Counted from the first letter of the stretch, positions 24,961 through 39,100 are shown. The stretch: DNA of 64,000 nucleotides from Haliotis rufescens (GCF_023055435.1 NW_025964024.1:1984001-2048000), one strand, 5' to 3'. Made by a program: numbers and translations. The notes: a model not told the origin generated them from the sequence alone.

Positions 24961-27330
24961 GATGTATTCCCTTTTTTGTCCGTCTTACCTTGGTAGTTCC
25001 CGTGTGCACGTGATACTCACAAAATAACAAACCAGTTAACCTGTTAACCGCAATATATGATAATCAGGTTTTGTAGTTGTCTGTTGATGCATACAAATAT
25101 GTTCTGCTCCAACATGTAGTCTTTGTAAATATTGAATGAAGCCGACGAACAACTATGTGTTGTCCCATTTAGTATCGACTCTGTGATCTGTCAGTAGATT
25201 ATTAATTCTCTTTAAACATTAATGTACTTTGTATTTCACATGTCTGTGTGTTTTGTTTTTATGTCATACATATATTTATTGTTTATAAAAAATATAATCC
25301 TGCTAAATAGTCTTCGTCATGTGTGAGTGAGACAGGTTTCACGCCGCTTTCAGCAACATTCCCGCAATATTACGACAGGGGTCACCAAAAATGGGCTCCG
25401 CGTGTCGTATTCGTGTGGGCAATCGACCCAGAGCCCTCGGTGAGTTTGACAATGTTTTTTGTTGTATATGTCATTACCATGTATCATGTTTGTATGCCAA
25501 TTTATATTGCCTTTTAAATATAATTATATAAAGTTATGGCAACTTTTCTTCCTCTTCACACAAATGCTCAGCCACGTCACAACCAACAACAGTACAACAG
25601 CTACGGCAACGTTGCCACCCTCGTCATTCCAACGTTCTGTGTCATAAGAACGCGTTGTCTCCGCCACATTGGCGCCGAACAATGACATATTAAGATATGT
25701 CATATGTTATGATATTCATATTGATATACAATGAATTACAAATGATTCTATGGCATTTGATTGGAAAAAGAAGCAACATTCTTTAGTAAAAATTCTTATT
25801 TGTTTATGTTTTCATGACCTGAAAAAGCATTAGTGCACGCCAACTAACGGACTATCGTTTCTTGATTGGTTATTGATAGAACAGGGGAGCTTGTGTTGCA
25901 TTATTGTTGCAGAACGAAGTCGCTGATTTCTTATTGTTGAGTTTGTTTGTGTTAATTATTAAATAAGCACTCTTGAAGTTGCTTTCGGTGACATATTTAT
26001 TTGTAAGAATTTACTTTAATTTCTTTTTGTGTTGTTGATGGAGTTGGAGTGGATTGCAGTCTCCACCCAGCTTTGTACGTTTATACTTCACCACACGCAA
26101 AAATAGTGAAGTTCATTCTTGAATTAAGCAAAGATCGTGCCCCAACACTGTCATACACCAACATTGATAGGTGAAGCAAAACACTGTTACTGCACTTCAG
26201 AGGATTTAGTTCAAGGATTTATTCCAGTCATGGTGTACATCACACCCAATGTGGTGTGTGTGTGAGGGGAGAGGAAAGTGGAGGGAACGAGTGTATCACG
26301 AGGACGCGTGATTAGTGTTGTGACAAGCTCATCACAATGATAAGCAATTACCTGGTTGCTGACATTGTTTTATCAAACGTTACCGCGCTCTCATCACAGT
26401 GAGCAATGACTATGTTTACACGGGTGATTACAGGTCTCGCCCGACGTTTTAATCAAGGAAAAACGTTAGACATGCATAAGGAAAGAACGTTGAAGTTTTC
26501 GATTGGATGAACTTTATTCAGAAAAAGAGCGTCCACTTCACAAATATTATATGACATATTCACAGATGGATTGAATAGTTAGCCTCCATTGATTTGATTA
26601 TTTCTCTTTAAATGGGATTTATTAAAGTCAGATTGAAATGGTGATAATTTCGTCGTTTCTCTCCCAATTACATGTAGTTTTTTTACAGGATGCATAGTTC
26701 TTGTTTTTAAATAAACAATAGGATTTATTTGTCTCATTCTGGAACATAAGGTGAATGCCTTTTCTATTACAATTATCATAGACAGAAGATGAAATGACTT
26801 TGAGAACATGATTGTATTTCGTCTACAGCGTTCCGCGGGTTATCAACATATGTTCATCATTAATCTGTCAGAAAGCATTTAATAGTTATACTTACACAGT
26901 AGTCAGCTGAGGTTTAACTAGTGATCGCTGAAGTAACAGAAGATTAAACTCATCTTATCAAAATACCAAATGATCATTGTATGTTTCTTTCAAATAAGGA
27001 CATGATATTGTCTGTCAATTGATTGCTCTTCATTGGACTTGTCTGTTCAGTGAGCTGTGATCACATTGTCTTAGTGACCAATCAGCACTAACAAAACAAC
27101 AACATGTTCATCACGTGATTGTTACGGCGACACCTGCTAAATACGTCGCCGTCATCATGAGTACCTAGACACGCGATTGCGCGTCATCATGACACTCTCG
27201 TTCACTCAAAGTTGCCAAGCCAACGTATAAATCACAAGCTGTTTTGTGCCGTCGACATTCCATCTTTCATCATCTTCATCAAGTCACAACATCAAAAGTC
27301 TTCCTCTAGCTCCCCCTGTCCACCTTCACA

Positions 27331-27993
27331 ATGTCGGACATGTCATATGACCTCCTCTCCTCGGAGTTGGAAGAGTCCGCAGACTTCATCGCTCTTAGTT
27401 TCAACATAGCTGACCCCTTGTGTTTCGCGTGTTGTGAGGTCATCACTGACCAGTACTATCTACGTGCTGGGGATCACGTGTGGCACGAACACTGTCTGCG
27501 TTGCTGTGTGTGTCAGGTGACGCTTGGTGGACATTCTTCTTGCTTCGTCAAGGACGGTAACATATTCTGTCAGAGAGACTTCACCAACATTCACGAGACC
27601 AAGTGTTGTTCCTGTCTACGTAACATCGAGTCCGGAGATTGGGTCAGATCGGCTGGAGAGAACATGTACCACCTGGCATGTTTCTCATGCAGCATGTGTC
27701 AAAGACAGCTTTCCACAGGAGAAGACTTCGCCACCCTAGACGACCGCGTACTTTGCCGAGTCCACGTCCTCAACCCCGACGACGAGAGTGTCACCTGTCG
27801 ACCAAAGTCCAAGAGATTCCGAACAGCCTTCAACGAGGACCAGGTAGCTGTTTTACAGAAGTACTTCGACACTGACACCAACCCAACCGGAAGTGACCTC
27901 GGAATGATCGCAGAAGAGGCGGGTCTTCCCAGAAGAGTAGCCCAAGTGTGGTTCCAGAATGCACGAGCTAAACTCAAGAGAGCCATGCACTGA
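27331..27993 (+). CDS. LIM-homeobox protein, Lhx6/8-like, intronless, copy 4
   Basis: Intact 220-aa ORF; TATAAAT at 27226. Confidence 0.93.
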   Translation: MSDMSYDLLSSELEESADFIALSFNIADPLCFACCEVITDQYYLRAGDHVWHEHCLRCCVCQVTLGGHSSCFVKDGNIFCQRDFTNIHETKCCSCLRNIESGDWVRSAGENMYHLACFSCSMCQRQLSTGEDFATLDDRVLCRVHVLNPDDESVTCRPKSKRFRTAFNEDQVAVLQKYFDTDTNPTGSDLGMIAEEAGLPRRVAQVWFQNARAKLKRAMH

Positions 27994-28549
27994 ACTTTCA
28001 AGTCCCTGTTTCAGCTAGTGCTCAATATGTATGCTGTGATGAATCCTGGTTATTTGTAATTACTGTCATATATATTTATATTATTTATTGCATTCTACAT
28101 ACAAATAAATGATAATGAAATAGCCATTTTGTTTATTTTATGGTATGTCGGTCATTCTTGGTTGCAGACTGTTCCCTGTTTACAGAGCCTGGGCGGATTA
28201 GTCTGATGGATAGTCAGACACATCTATTAATCTCTTTTATCATACAAAACTGGCTCCCACAGGACATATCGCTTAGGTGAAATCAAGCTATATCTACATT
28301 GTAGATGTCACTGCAATGAAATTGCATCACAATGCTTTGCAGACCATTGTGATGTCATTGGGTACCAATACTTTCTGGTACTACATGTTATTAAATATAA
28401 GCGGCAAACCAATTTTCATAATTCAAAAAAATCCCTGTTAGAATATTTTCTGGTACCACACCTAGTCTTTGTGAATAATGAATAAATATAAACGAGCCTA
28501 TTGTACGATTGCGACTATGTAATGAGAATGTGTAAATGAATCACTATAT

Positions 28550-29870
28550 GACGATACCAGGTGTTCACGAAAAGGTAAACATTTACTGCCCCATGCATGC
28601 AAAGGCAAGTCAACTAATCACCTGAAAAAGCAGGGGAACAAATAATATAAGTCAAAATAGAGAATTGCATCGGACACCATTTTTGTTGCTTATGAGCACA
28701 ATTTGAAACAACATGTCCATCATAAAACCTTTTGAATGTTTTACTAAGGCCTTGAATGTTCTAACCTTGATCAGCCTTTGAGCAAAAGTCGTATAACGCT
28801 CCATGAAATCTTCGTAGAAAGAGTATGCTCGATTGTACGTCAAAGGTTCAAAACGCCAAAGGCTGGAGTAGCTGGAATACTGCTCGCCAAAGGAAAGTTG
28901 ACTATTGAAAGGTTGAAGTCATGCCTCTTGTTATACTATCTCGTGGGTAGTTTCTTGTCCCTCCGAATCTGTATGCATTTATAATCGAGATATGAAACAG
29001 ATGAGGCATGTTTACTGGTCCCTTTCATTTCTAGCTAAGGTGAGTAAATCAGTGGAAGGGAAATGGATATTTGACCATTATCGAACGATGTCAAATCATC
29101 GATATACCTAAGCTTAAGCTCTTGGCCAAATTCCATTGTTTTGTTTTTTTGGTTTTGCCGATCCAAGTTAATATTTATTCACAACCGCCATCATCAGTTG
29201 CCGGATTGGCGAGTTCCGGAATATGTTTGTTGTCGTGTTCTCAATGTTCTGTGTACATCATGATTTGCTGAATTGATCTTTTTAAATCAGCTGCGATATT
29301 TTCACTTAAATACATTGCTGTACGGCCCGAAGGTATAAATTATAAATAAAGTTGATATTTCTTGTGGGTGTGGGGGATGGTAGTGTAAGGAATATCCCGG
29401 AGAACGTGTTCTCGTGGATAGGCCATTCAATTAAGCCAATTATCACTTGTTCAGCTCTGCTTTATATATTTTGCGCAGTAAATGAAGTACAATATAATGA
29501 TTTTGATGTTGTGTTTATACAGTTGGCCAAATATTCTTCAAAATAGATTCGCGGGCACAGGACCATAATATTTTATGTCATGATGTTCGTTTTGGAACTC
29601 TCTCGAGCATGACGATCAGGAAACAGCGCATGATAACAAATGTGTAAATATAAGTTCAGTGATTTTTCTATGCAACTGTGACTTCAGATGCAGACTTTGA
29701 AAGATAATGTGTTTTGGGACCATTGAAATAACATTTTTCAGTTTAGGGATTGCGTGTGTTGTGGAAACAGGATCACCTTCAACGGGAACTGAATCAGTTA
29801 GATTAAGAAATTTACACCTTAATGTTCTTTCACTTCTCTCAATTGATTTCAAACTCAAACGTAAATTGAT
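28550..29870 (-). mobile_element. Degenerate Penelope-like retroelement remnant
   Basis: Minus strand reads YNKRHDFNLSIVNFPLASSIPATPAFGV and YNRAYSFYEDFMER, with many stops and frameshifts. The right boundary is approximate. Confidence 0.65.
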
Positions 29871-29933
29871 TTATTTCAATGCATCTCCCGTCGACAAAAT
29901 CTATCACTGGTCTTATTTGATATAGTCTTTCTC

Positions 29934-30086
29934 TGTTGTTTAACGCCGCATTCAGCAATGTTCCAATCGAAAACAATCGAGTCTGGACCAGCCAATCCAG
30001 TGATCAACATCATGAGCATCGATCTACGTAATTGGGATACGAAGACATGCATCAACCAAGTCAGCGTGTGTGACCATCCGATCCCG
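29934..30086 (-). mobile_element. SINE family C, 3' part
   Basis: Homology to 6279-6545. Confidence 0.75.
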
Positions 30087-31199
30087 TGCAAGCAAGTATT
30101 ATCATTAGTGATTTGATACCCGTGATCACTAATATGCTATTTTTCTACTTTAATTATTCGAGTAAATATCCAATATTTAGATTTCTAAACACACCGTGAG
30201 TAAATAACACCGTGAATTGTGATTTGGCTAGATTTACAATGTACCTAATTTTTTAGAAGTCACTTTCACTAATTTTGCTTTGCCTAAAATGACAGCAAAT
30301 GATAAACAGAAGAGTGAATTCAACTGCGCAGTGTATTTGTTTGCGTGGTGTTTTTTATTTCGACTTCGAAGTGGGGGTTGAAGAGGAGGGACATATGTGT
30401 CGCTGTGGCATCCAGGGGGTTTACACTTTAAAAAATCATAACGTTGACATAACAGCAGATTATGTAACTGATAATACTAACAATCAAACTCGCAGACGAG
30501 GACGGAGGACTTGTTTGTTTTTTATTATTATCAATTATTACACGGTCCCGTGGTTCAACATAGACGTAGGTGAACATTCGACTGAAGCACGACCAACTTA
30601 TCAATGACCTACAATCAGAAAAGTAGTCCATCATCATCTGACCTCAGGTCATCACCATGGAGTAGCCAATCACGGGTCTGGAATTCGATCTCACACATGT
30701 GTTCGATACCAGTTATCTCAAATGGGTTTCTCACCCACAGGTGTGTAAGAAAACCTATTCTAACCCGGATCTTCACGGGTGGTATTTGATAGTGATTCAT
30801 AGACACATGAATATTATATAGTCGGAATCATACAATGATTATGGAAATGGTTTGTAAATGCACAATTTATCTTTTGCACATTAATATATGCACAATTGTA
30901 GTAATTGATTCCGCTTTGTTGATAAATTCATGTATGAATAATAATCGTTGTACGCAAACGCCACTGTGGGTGAGTAGTGTTACAACATAAAATAGAACTC
31001 CAGAATGTCACATGTAACAACTAAAGCCAACTAGATCGTATGTTGAAGAAATAAATTCTATAAAATCTATAAACTCATTTTTTATTATTCACGAAATGTC
31101 GTAGAAAGAGACGCCATGCAAGTACTGCATGAAATACATACAAAGGCAATTTGTGTTAACATAGAGCATATCACAGATTCGATACAATGACACATGACA

Positions 31200-31430
31200 C
31201 CCGTGAAGATGCGGGTTAGAATAGGTTTTCAGTCATCCATGCTTGTCGTAAGAGGCGACTAACAGGATCGGGTGGTCAGGCTCGCTGGCTTGGTTGATGC
31301 ACGTTATCGTATCCCAATTGCATGGTCCGATGCTCATGATATCAATCACTAAAATGGCTGGTTCAGACTTGATCTACAGGCCGCCATGATAAAGCTGGAA
31401 TATTGCTGAGTGCGTTCAACAACAAACAAA
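31200..31430 (+). mobile_element. SINE family C
   Basis: CCCGTGAAGATGCGGGTTAGAATAGG...GTCGTAAGAGGCGACTAA...AACAACAAACAAA. Confidence 0.8.
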
Positions 31431-31700
31431 TAGTGACACATAACAAGTTTTGTTCTATAGATGACATGGGAAATATATAAGAACTGCAAGAGATATTTGG
31501 TTATATCATTAACGTACTTTCACACACAAAATAAAATAATTTATAAGTCAACATATTCTTATAAGAATAGCGTATGCACATTGTGTCTAGTATTCAGTCA
31601 ACACAGTTATAACGAATTGTCGGACATTGCGAGAACACGCAGTACTCCAGGAAGTTGTCCACGTGATCATGCGAAAAAAGGAACTTCGTCGGTTATAGCG

Positions 31701-31856
31701 GAGTGGTTTTACGCCGCGTTTTAGCAACATTCCAGCAATATCACGGCGGGGGACACCAGAAATGGGCCTCGCACATAGTACCCATGTGGGGAATCGAACC
31801 TGGGTCTTAGGTGTGACGAGAGAATGCTTTAAACCACAAGGCTACCCCACCTCCCC
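31701..31856 (-). mobile_element. SINE family A nested in a degenerate MITE (~31594-31925)
   Basis: Family A sequence flanked by GTTATAGCG repeats; the surrounding DNA carries the GTTATAACGAA/GTTCGTTATA motifs of the MITE family. Confidence 0.8.
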
Positions 31857-32086
31857 TTCAGCTGTTATAGCGAACTGTGTATGTATAAGGTCCTTTGTAG
31901 TTCGTTATACACGTAATTGACTCGACAATGTATTAAGCTACATAGCACTTTTGACTGCTGTCCTAGAAGACATGGTTATTACTGCCAGGCGGATACATAG
32001 ATGCAGATGACTTCTCCAATATATACAAATGACCGGGACTCATACAGCATATATAGAGCACCAGCTGAAACAGAGACTCGAACAGT

Positions 32087-32749
32087 TTAGGGCATGGCTC
32101 TCTTGAGTTTAGCACGTGCATTCTGGAACCACACTTGGGCCACTCTTCTAGGAAGACCCGCCTCTTCTGCGATCATTCCGAGGTCATTTCCGGTTGGGTT
32201 GGTGTCAATGTCGAAGTACTTCTGTAAAACAGCTACCTGGTCCTCGTTGAAGGCTGTTCGGAATCTCTTCGACTTCGGTCGACAGGTGACATTCTCGTCG
32301 TCGGGGTTGAGGACGTGGACTCGGCAAAGTACGCGGTCGTCTAGGATGGCGAAGTCTTCTCCTGTGGAAAGCTGTCTTTGGCACATGCTGCACGAGAAAC
32401 ATGCCAGGTGGTACATGTTCTCTCCGGCCGATCTGACCCAATCTCCGGACTCGATGTTACGTAGACAGGAACCACACTTGGTCTTATGAACACGGGCGAA
32501 GTCTCTCTGACAGAATATGTTACCGTCCCTAACGAAGCAAGAAGAATGGCCATCAAGCGTCACCTGACACACACAGCAACGCAGACAGTGCTCGTGCCAC
32601 ACGTGTTCTCCAGCACGTAGATAGTACTGGTCAGTGATCACGTCACAACATGTGAAACACATGGGGTTAGCTATGTTGAAACTGAGGGCGATGAAGTCCC
32701 CAGACTCTTCCAAGTCCGAGGAGAGGAGGTCATATGACATATCCGACAT
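32087..32749 (-). CDS. LIM-homeobox protein, Lhx6/8-like, intronless, copy 5
   Basis: Intact 220-aa ORF; TATAAA on minus at 32827-32832. Confidence 0.93.
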   Translation of the reverse strand: MSDMSYDLLSSDLEESGDFIALSFNIANPMCFTCCDVITDQYYLRAGEHVWHEHCLRCCVCQVTLDGHSSCFVRDGNIFCQRDFARVHKTKCGSCLRNIESGDWVRSAGENMYHLACFSCSMCQRQLSTGEDFAILDDRVLCRVHVLNPDDENVTCRPKSKRFRTAFNEDQVAVLQKYFDIDTNPTGNDLGMIAEEAGLPRRVAQVWFQNARAKLKRAMP

Positions 32750-33570
32750 TGTGGATATATTCAGATAATGGAAGATGAAGTGTCTGTCGGCGACTTACTT
32801 ACTGGGGGCAACCTGGTTCTGTTAGCTTTATACCCTGGATTTGCAAGCTTGTATGTCGTGGTGACGAGTGACAAGTGTTGTGTCATGCTGCGACCGGTGT
32901 GTGGTCAGTTCTGGTCAATTCAGTAATTAACCAGTGATGAGCAGTGCCGTGATGGACATTGTCACTCAATTATGTCACACCGGTCAGTCGGTGATGATGT
33001 TTTGACAACTAATTAAATGTTACTGGTCAGCCATCAAGCCGTTGGCCCCACGAATATTGCCTCCTCTGACCGGCAATAAGATTGATAACCTGTTGATTCA
33101 CACTAAAGGCCTTCCCACACTAAACAAGTGCGTCGGCAACAAACAAATTGCTCTAGTTGTTTTAAGATAATAAACCTTAATTAACGCAGCGCAACGACAG
33201 CTCAACGGCAGAAACCTTTTATAATCGCTTTGGGAAAATCCCCTTTTTAAAAGAAAAAGAAAACACGTGGTTTGAAAAACACAGTCTATGTTGAAGTAAA
33301 TCCGATGCCCAAATCACAAATAATTGAAGAATTACAGAAACACCCGTGTAAATCAAAGCATTACAAAGACGCCAAAATGGTAAATAAGTCCTCGAGAAAT
33401 TGCGTTGAGAAATTGGTACTAATTGAGGGTTTTTTCGAGCTAGCTCTTGGAGTTTTGGGTTCAGTTTGTTTTACCACCTCATTCACAAGCCTTCAAATAA
33501 GCCCCGTTTGAGGCGCTCCTTAAAGATCCATGCTATATTCGTCGTGTTCTTGTTTTTTTCACAACAGTTT

Positions 33571-33895
33571 ACTATAATTTTTGAGTTCCTAATAATGTAA
33601 AGACAAAGAGTCTTAGTCAGTATTTCTTGGGCTTAAAACCATTTGTTTCACAGTACTTTCATTTCATGTTATTTCTATTATATCTATCATTTCTTTTAAT
33701 TTTATTATTTTACATGTTTCTGAAAACCAGCCTGATAATTGTTACTTCACAACTATAAATTTTGAGTTCCTAGTAATGTAAAGACAAATAGTCTTAGTCT
33801 GTATTTAATGGGCTTAAAACCGTTTGTTTCACAGTACTTTCATTTATTTATTATTTCTATGATGTTTATTTTTTCTTTTATTTTTATTATTTTAC
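33571..33895. repeat. Local tandem duplication, ~181-bp unit x ~2
   Basis: ACTATAA...GAGTTCCTA.TAATGTAAAGACAAA... occurs at 33571 and 33752. Confidence 0.85.
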
Positions 33896-35101
33896 ACACG
33901 ATCTATTTTATATTGAACGTAGTTGGAGCATGAAGGAAGTCACATCAAATTTATACATCAGACTGGCATTCCTTGTAAACAGTAATAATTATATAATTAT
34001 GCATTGGTTTTTGATGAGTATGTCCAATGGTAGGAGGTAGGAGGCGGTAAATATTTAATTTAATATCTGTAATGTGGATAAACCAAAATTGATATCACGC
34101 ATTCAACCCTTGCACAACAGTATCGAGAGTTTTTATACATAGAACTTATGACATACATGTACATCCAAATGTGCTCTCTATCTTCAGGTCATATACGTGA
34201 TAAGTGCTAACGATACAGTTGTAAATGTGACAAAAGTGAACAATGCCTACAACACTGATTGAGATTCGTGATAAATGTCGCCATATTTTTTGTCATGAAT
34301 GGAAATTTTTCTCAAAACTTGGAGTCGGAAACAAAACAGTTTCAATTAATTTTGTCGTTGTTTTTTTTGTTTTTTGTTGTGTTTTTTTGTCTTTTGTGAA
34401 AACAGATGGTCGGGAGGTAAACAATCTTTTTATTTTGTAATAATTCTATGTCATCATGGCCAAGATCCAGAACAATTATTTAAACTTGCTGTCAGTCTTC
34501 GTCTCGTCAGATGAAATAAAAAGAATGCTATAATTACATTTCATGTGATAAACTGGGATAAACCTTTATATCCTAAATTAATGGGGTTTTCAGACTCGGT
34601 GCCAATAACAAAACACTCTTGATTAAGAATTATGTTTTTTCTACTTTCTTTATTCTGATAGTAGGTGAATCAGTAAACTAATTAATAAAAAAACACACCT
34701 TAAATCATTCTGTTTGAAAATAATGACAGACGACTACGGGACACTCAGTGTATACAGATAATAAATAATATTAAGTTTAAATAATTAATTAATCATTATA
34801 GGATAGGGATTAAATACTACTTGGTAGTGAGAACTGATCACTTTGTCAAAGCTTGTTTGAACATTCAGTGATATCAAGCACACAATGCCATCGACCTGAT
34901 TGCCAATCAACTGATCGTTTGGTCGCCATGACGTGTCAAAACACTTATCATGCGTCATTATGACACGCTCGTTCACTCTAAGTTGTCAAACCAACATATA
35001 AATCTCGTGTTGTTCCCTGCTATCGTCATTCCATCCTTCCTCGTCTGTATCAAGTCATCAGCTCAAAAGTCTTCCTCTAGTTCATCCTGTCCACCTTCAC
35101 A

Positions 35102-35764
35102 ATGTCGGACATGTCATATGACCTCCTCTCCTCGGACTTGGAAGAGTCCGGGGACTTCATCGCTCTCAGTTTCAACATAGCTGACCCCTTGTGTTTCGCG
35201 TGTTGTGAGGTCATCACTGACCAGTACTATCTACGTGCTGGGGATCACGTGTGGCACGAGCACTGTCTGCGTTGCTGTGTGTGTCAGGTGACGCTTGGTG
35301 GACATTCTTCTTGCTTCGTCAGGGACGGTAACATATTCTGTCAGAGAGACTTCGCCAACATTCACGAGACCAAGTGTAGTTCCTGTCTACGTAACATCGA
35401 GTCCGGAGATTGGGTCAGATCGGCCGGAGAGAACATGTACCACCTGGCATGTTTCTCATGCAGCATGTGTCAAAGACAGCTTTCCACAGGAGAAGACTTC
35501 GCCATCCACGACGGCCGCGTACTTTGCCGAGTCCACGTCCTCAACCCCGACGACGAGAGTATCACCTGCCGACCCAAATCCAAGAGATTCCGAACAGCCT
35601 TCAACGAGGACCAGGTAGCTGTTTTCCAGAAGTACTTCGACTTTGACACCAACCCAACCGGAAATGACCTCGGGATGATCGCAGAAGAGGCGGGTCTTCC
35701 CAGAAGAGTAGCCCAAGTGTGGTTCCAGAATGCACGAGCTAAACTCAAGAGAGCCTTGCACTGA
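35102..35764 (+). CDS. LIM-homeobox protein, Lhx6/8-like, intronless, copy 6
   Basis: Intact 220-aa ORF; TATAAAT at 34997; AATAAA at 36013. Confidence 0.93.
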   Translation: MSDMSYDLLSSDLEESGDFIALSFNIADPLCFACCEVITDQYYLRAGDHVWHEHCLRCCVCQVTLGGHSSCFVRDGNIFCQRDFANIHETKCSSCLRNIESGDWVRSAGENMYHLACFSCSMCQRQLSTGEDFAIHDGRVLCRVHVLNPDDESITCRPKSKRFRTAFNEDQVAVFQKYFDFDTNPTGNDLGMIAEEAGLPRRVAQVWFQNARAKLKRALH

Positions 35765-36117
35765 ACTTGACATTATGTTGTTTGGTACTGACACATGTCG
35801 TAATTTCGGCAGACATTGATATTTGTGTAGCTGGTCTTTATTGCTGATGTAAGACAACCGGTGCAGCCCGAAGTGCTTTATCTCAACAAGGGTATCTGAT
35901 TGGAAAAATTGTATATTTTGTACAACTTGTTATTATTTATGTCATCAGTGACAAAATTGTACATTGGCAATGTTGGACGTGTAATTTATTTCATGTATAT
36001 ATATTGACCGTTAATAAATGATTCAATGCACAGTTTATCTTCTTGTAGATATATAAAAGTGAGGGGCGGAAGGGAAGATGATATGGTGAGGGACCGTGAG
36101 GCAGACAACATGAAATT

Positions 36118-39100
36118 CAGTGAAAGGATAGTCCCTTACACCTTAACCATATTTAATAGTGATTTAGGCGACATTTTACACTATCTTGCGAAAAGTATGA
36201 ATTAAAGCACTAAACTGACTTAACGACAATCAGTGAAAGGATAGTCCCTTACACCTTAACCATATTGAAAAGTGATTTAGGCGACATTTAACACTATCTT
36301 GCGATAAGTATTAATTAAAGCACTAAACTGACTTAACGACAATCAGTGAAAGGATAGTCCCTTACACCTTAACCATATTCAATAGTGATTTAGGCGACAT
36401 TTTACACTATCTTGCGAAAAGTATGAATTAAAGCACTAAACTGACTTAACGACAATCAGTGAAAGGATAGTCCCTTACACCTTAACCATATTTAATAGTG
36501 ATTTAGGCGACATTTTACACTATCTTGCGAAAAGTATGAATTAAAGCACTAAACTGACTTAACGACAATCAGTGAAAGGATAGTCCCTTACACCTTAACC
36601 ATATTTAATAGTGATTTAGGCGACATTTTACACTATCTTGCGAAAAGTATGAATTAAAGCACTAAACTGACTTAACGACAATCAGTGAGAGGATAGTCCC
36701 TGACATCTTAACCATATTTAATAGTGATTTAGGCGACATTTTACACTATCTTGCGAAAAGTATTAATTAAAGCACTAAACTGACTTAACGATAATCAGTG
36801 ATAGGATAGTCCCTGACATCTTAACCATATTTAATAGTGATTTAGGCGACATTTTACACTATCTTGCGAAAAGTATTAATTAAAGCACTAAACTGACTTA
36901 ACGACAATCAGTGAAAGGATAGTCCCTGACATCTTAACCATATTTAATAGTGATTTAGGCGACATTTTACACTATCTTGCGAAAAGTATGAATTAATGCA
37001 CTAAACTGACTTAACGACAATCAGTGAAAGGATAGTCCCTTACACCTTAACCATATTTAATAGTGATTTAGGCGACATTTTACACTATCTTGCGAAAAGT
37101 ATTAATTAAAGCACTAAACTGACTTAACGACAATCAGTGAAAGGATAGTCCCTGACATCTTAACCAATTTAATATTGATTTAGGCGACATTTTACACTAT
37201 CTTGCGAAAAGTATTAATTAATGCACTAAACTGACTTAACGACAATCAGTGAAAGGATAGTCCCTTACACCTTAACCATATTTAATAGTGATTTAGGCGA
37301 CATTTTACACTATCTTGCGAAAAGTATGAATTAAAGCACTAAACTGACTTAACGACAATCAGTGAAAGGATAGTCCCTTACACCTTAACCATATTTAATA
37401 GTGATTTAGGCGACATTTTACACTATCTTGCGAAAAGTATTAATTAAAGCACTAAACTGACTTAACGACAATCAGTGAAAGGATAGTCCCTTACACCTTA
37501 ACCATATTCAATATTGATTTAGGCGACATTTTACACTATCTTGCGAAAAGTATTAATTAATGCACTAAACTGACTTAACGACAATCAGTGAAAGGATAGT
37601 CCCTTACACCTTAACCATATTTAATAGTGATTTAGGCGACATTTTACACTATCTTGCGAAAAGTATGAATTAAAGCACTAAACTGACTTAACGACAATCA
37701 GTGAAAGGATAGTCCCTTACACCTTAACCATATTTAATAGTGATTTAGGCGACATTTTACACTATCTTGCGAAAAGTATGAATTAAAGCACTAAACTGAC
37801 TTAACGACAATCAGTGAAAGGATAGTCCCTTACACCTTAACCATATTTAATAGTGATTTAGGCGACATTTTACACATCTTGCGAAAAGTATGAATTAAAG
37901 CACTAAACTGACTTAACGACAATCAGTGAGAGGATAGTCCCTGACATCTTAACCATATTTAATAGTGATTTAGGCGACATTTTACACTATCTTGCGAAAA
38001 GTATTAATTAAAGCACTAAACTGACTTAACGACAATCAGTGAAAGGATAGTCCCTGACATCTTAACCATATTTAATAGTGGTTTAGGCGACATTTTACAC
38101 TATCTTGCGAAAAGTATTAATTAAAGCACTAAACTGACTTAACGACAATCAGTGAAAGGATAGTCCCTGACATCTTAACCATATTTAATAGTGATTTAGG
38201 CGACATTTTACACTATCTTGCGAAAAGTATGAATTAATGCACTAAACTGACTTAACGACAATCAGTGAAAGGATAGTCCCTTACACCTTAACCAGATTTA
38301 ATAGTGATTTAGGCGACATTTTACACTATCTTGCGAAAAGTATTAATCAAAGCACTAAACTGACTTAACGACAATCAGTGAAAGGATAGTCCCTGACATC
38401 TTAACCAATTTAATATTGATTTAGGCGACATTTTACACTATCTTACGAAAAGTATTAATTAATGCACTAAACTGACTTAACGACAATCAGTGAAAGGATA
38501 GTCCCTTACACCTTAACCATATTTAATAGTGATTTAGGCGACATTTTACACTATCTTGCGAAAAGTATGAATTAAAGCACTAAACTGACTTAACGACAAT
38601 CAGTGAAAGGATAGTCCCTTACACCTTAACCATATTTAATAGTGATTTAGGCGACATTTTACACTATCTTGCGAAAAGTATGAATTAAAGCACTAAACTG
38701 ACTTAACGACAATCAGTGAAAGGATAGTCCCTTACACCTTAACCATATTAAATAGTGATTTAGGCGACATTTTACACTATCTTGCGAAAAGTATTAATTA
38801 ATGCACTAAACTGACTTAACGACAATCAGTGAAAGGATAGTCCCTTACACCTTAACCATATTTAATAGTGATTTAGGCGACATTTTACACTATCTTGCGA
38901 AAAGTATGAATTAAAGCACTAAACTGACTTAGCGACAATCAGTGAAAGGATAGTCCCTTACACCTTAACCATATTTAATAGTGATTTAGGCGACATTTTA
39001 CACTATCTTGCGAAAAGTATGAATTAAAGCACTAAACTGACTTAACGACAATCAGTGAAAGGATAGTCCCTTACACCTTAACCATATTTAATAGTGATTT

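Larger units (their letters stand above)
20143..28230 (+). repeat. Tandem segmental duplication, ~3.6-kb unit, ~2.25 copies
   Basis: Gene starts at 20143, 23753 and 27331. Intergenic DNA 20806-23700 aligns with 24416-27290, and homology of the third unit stops near 28230. Confidence 0.93.
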
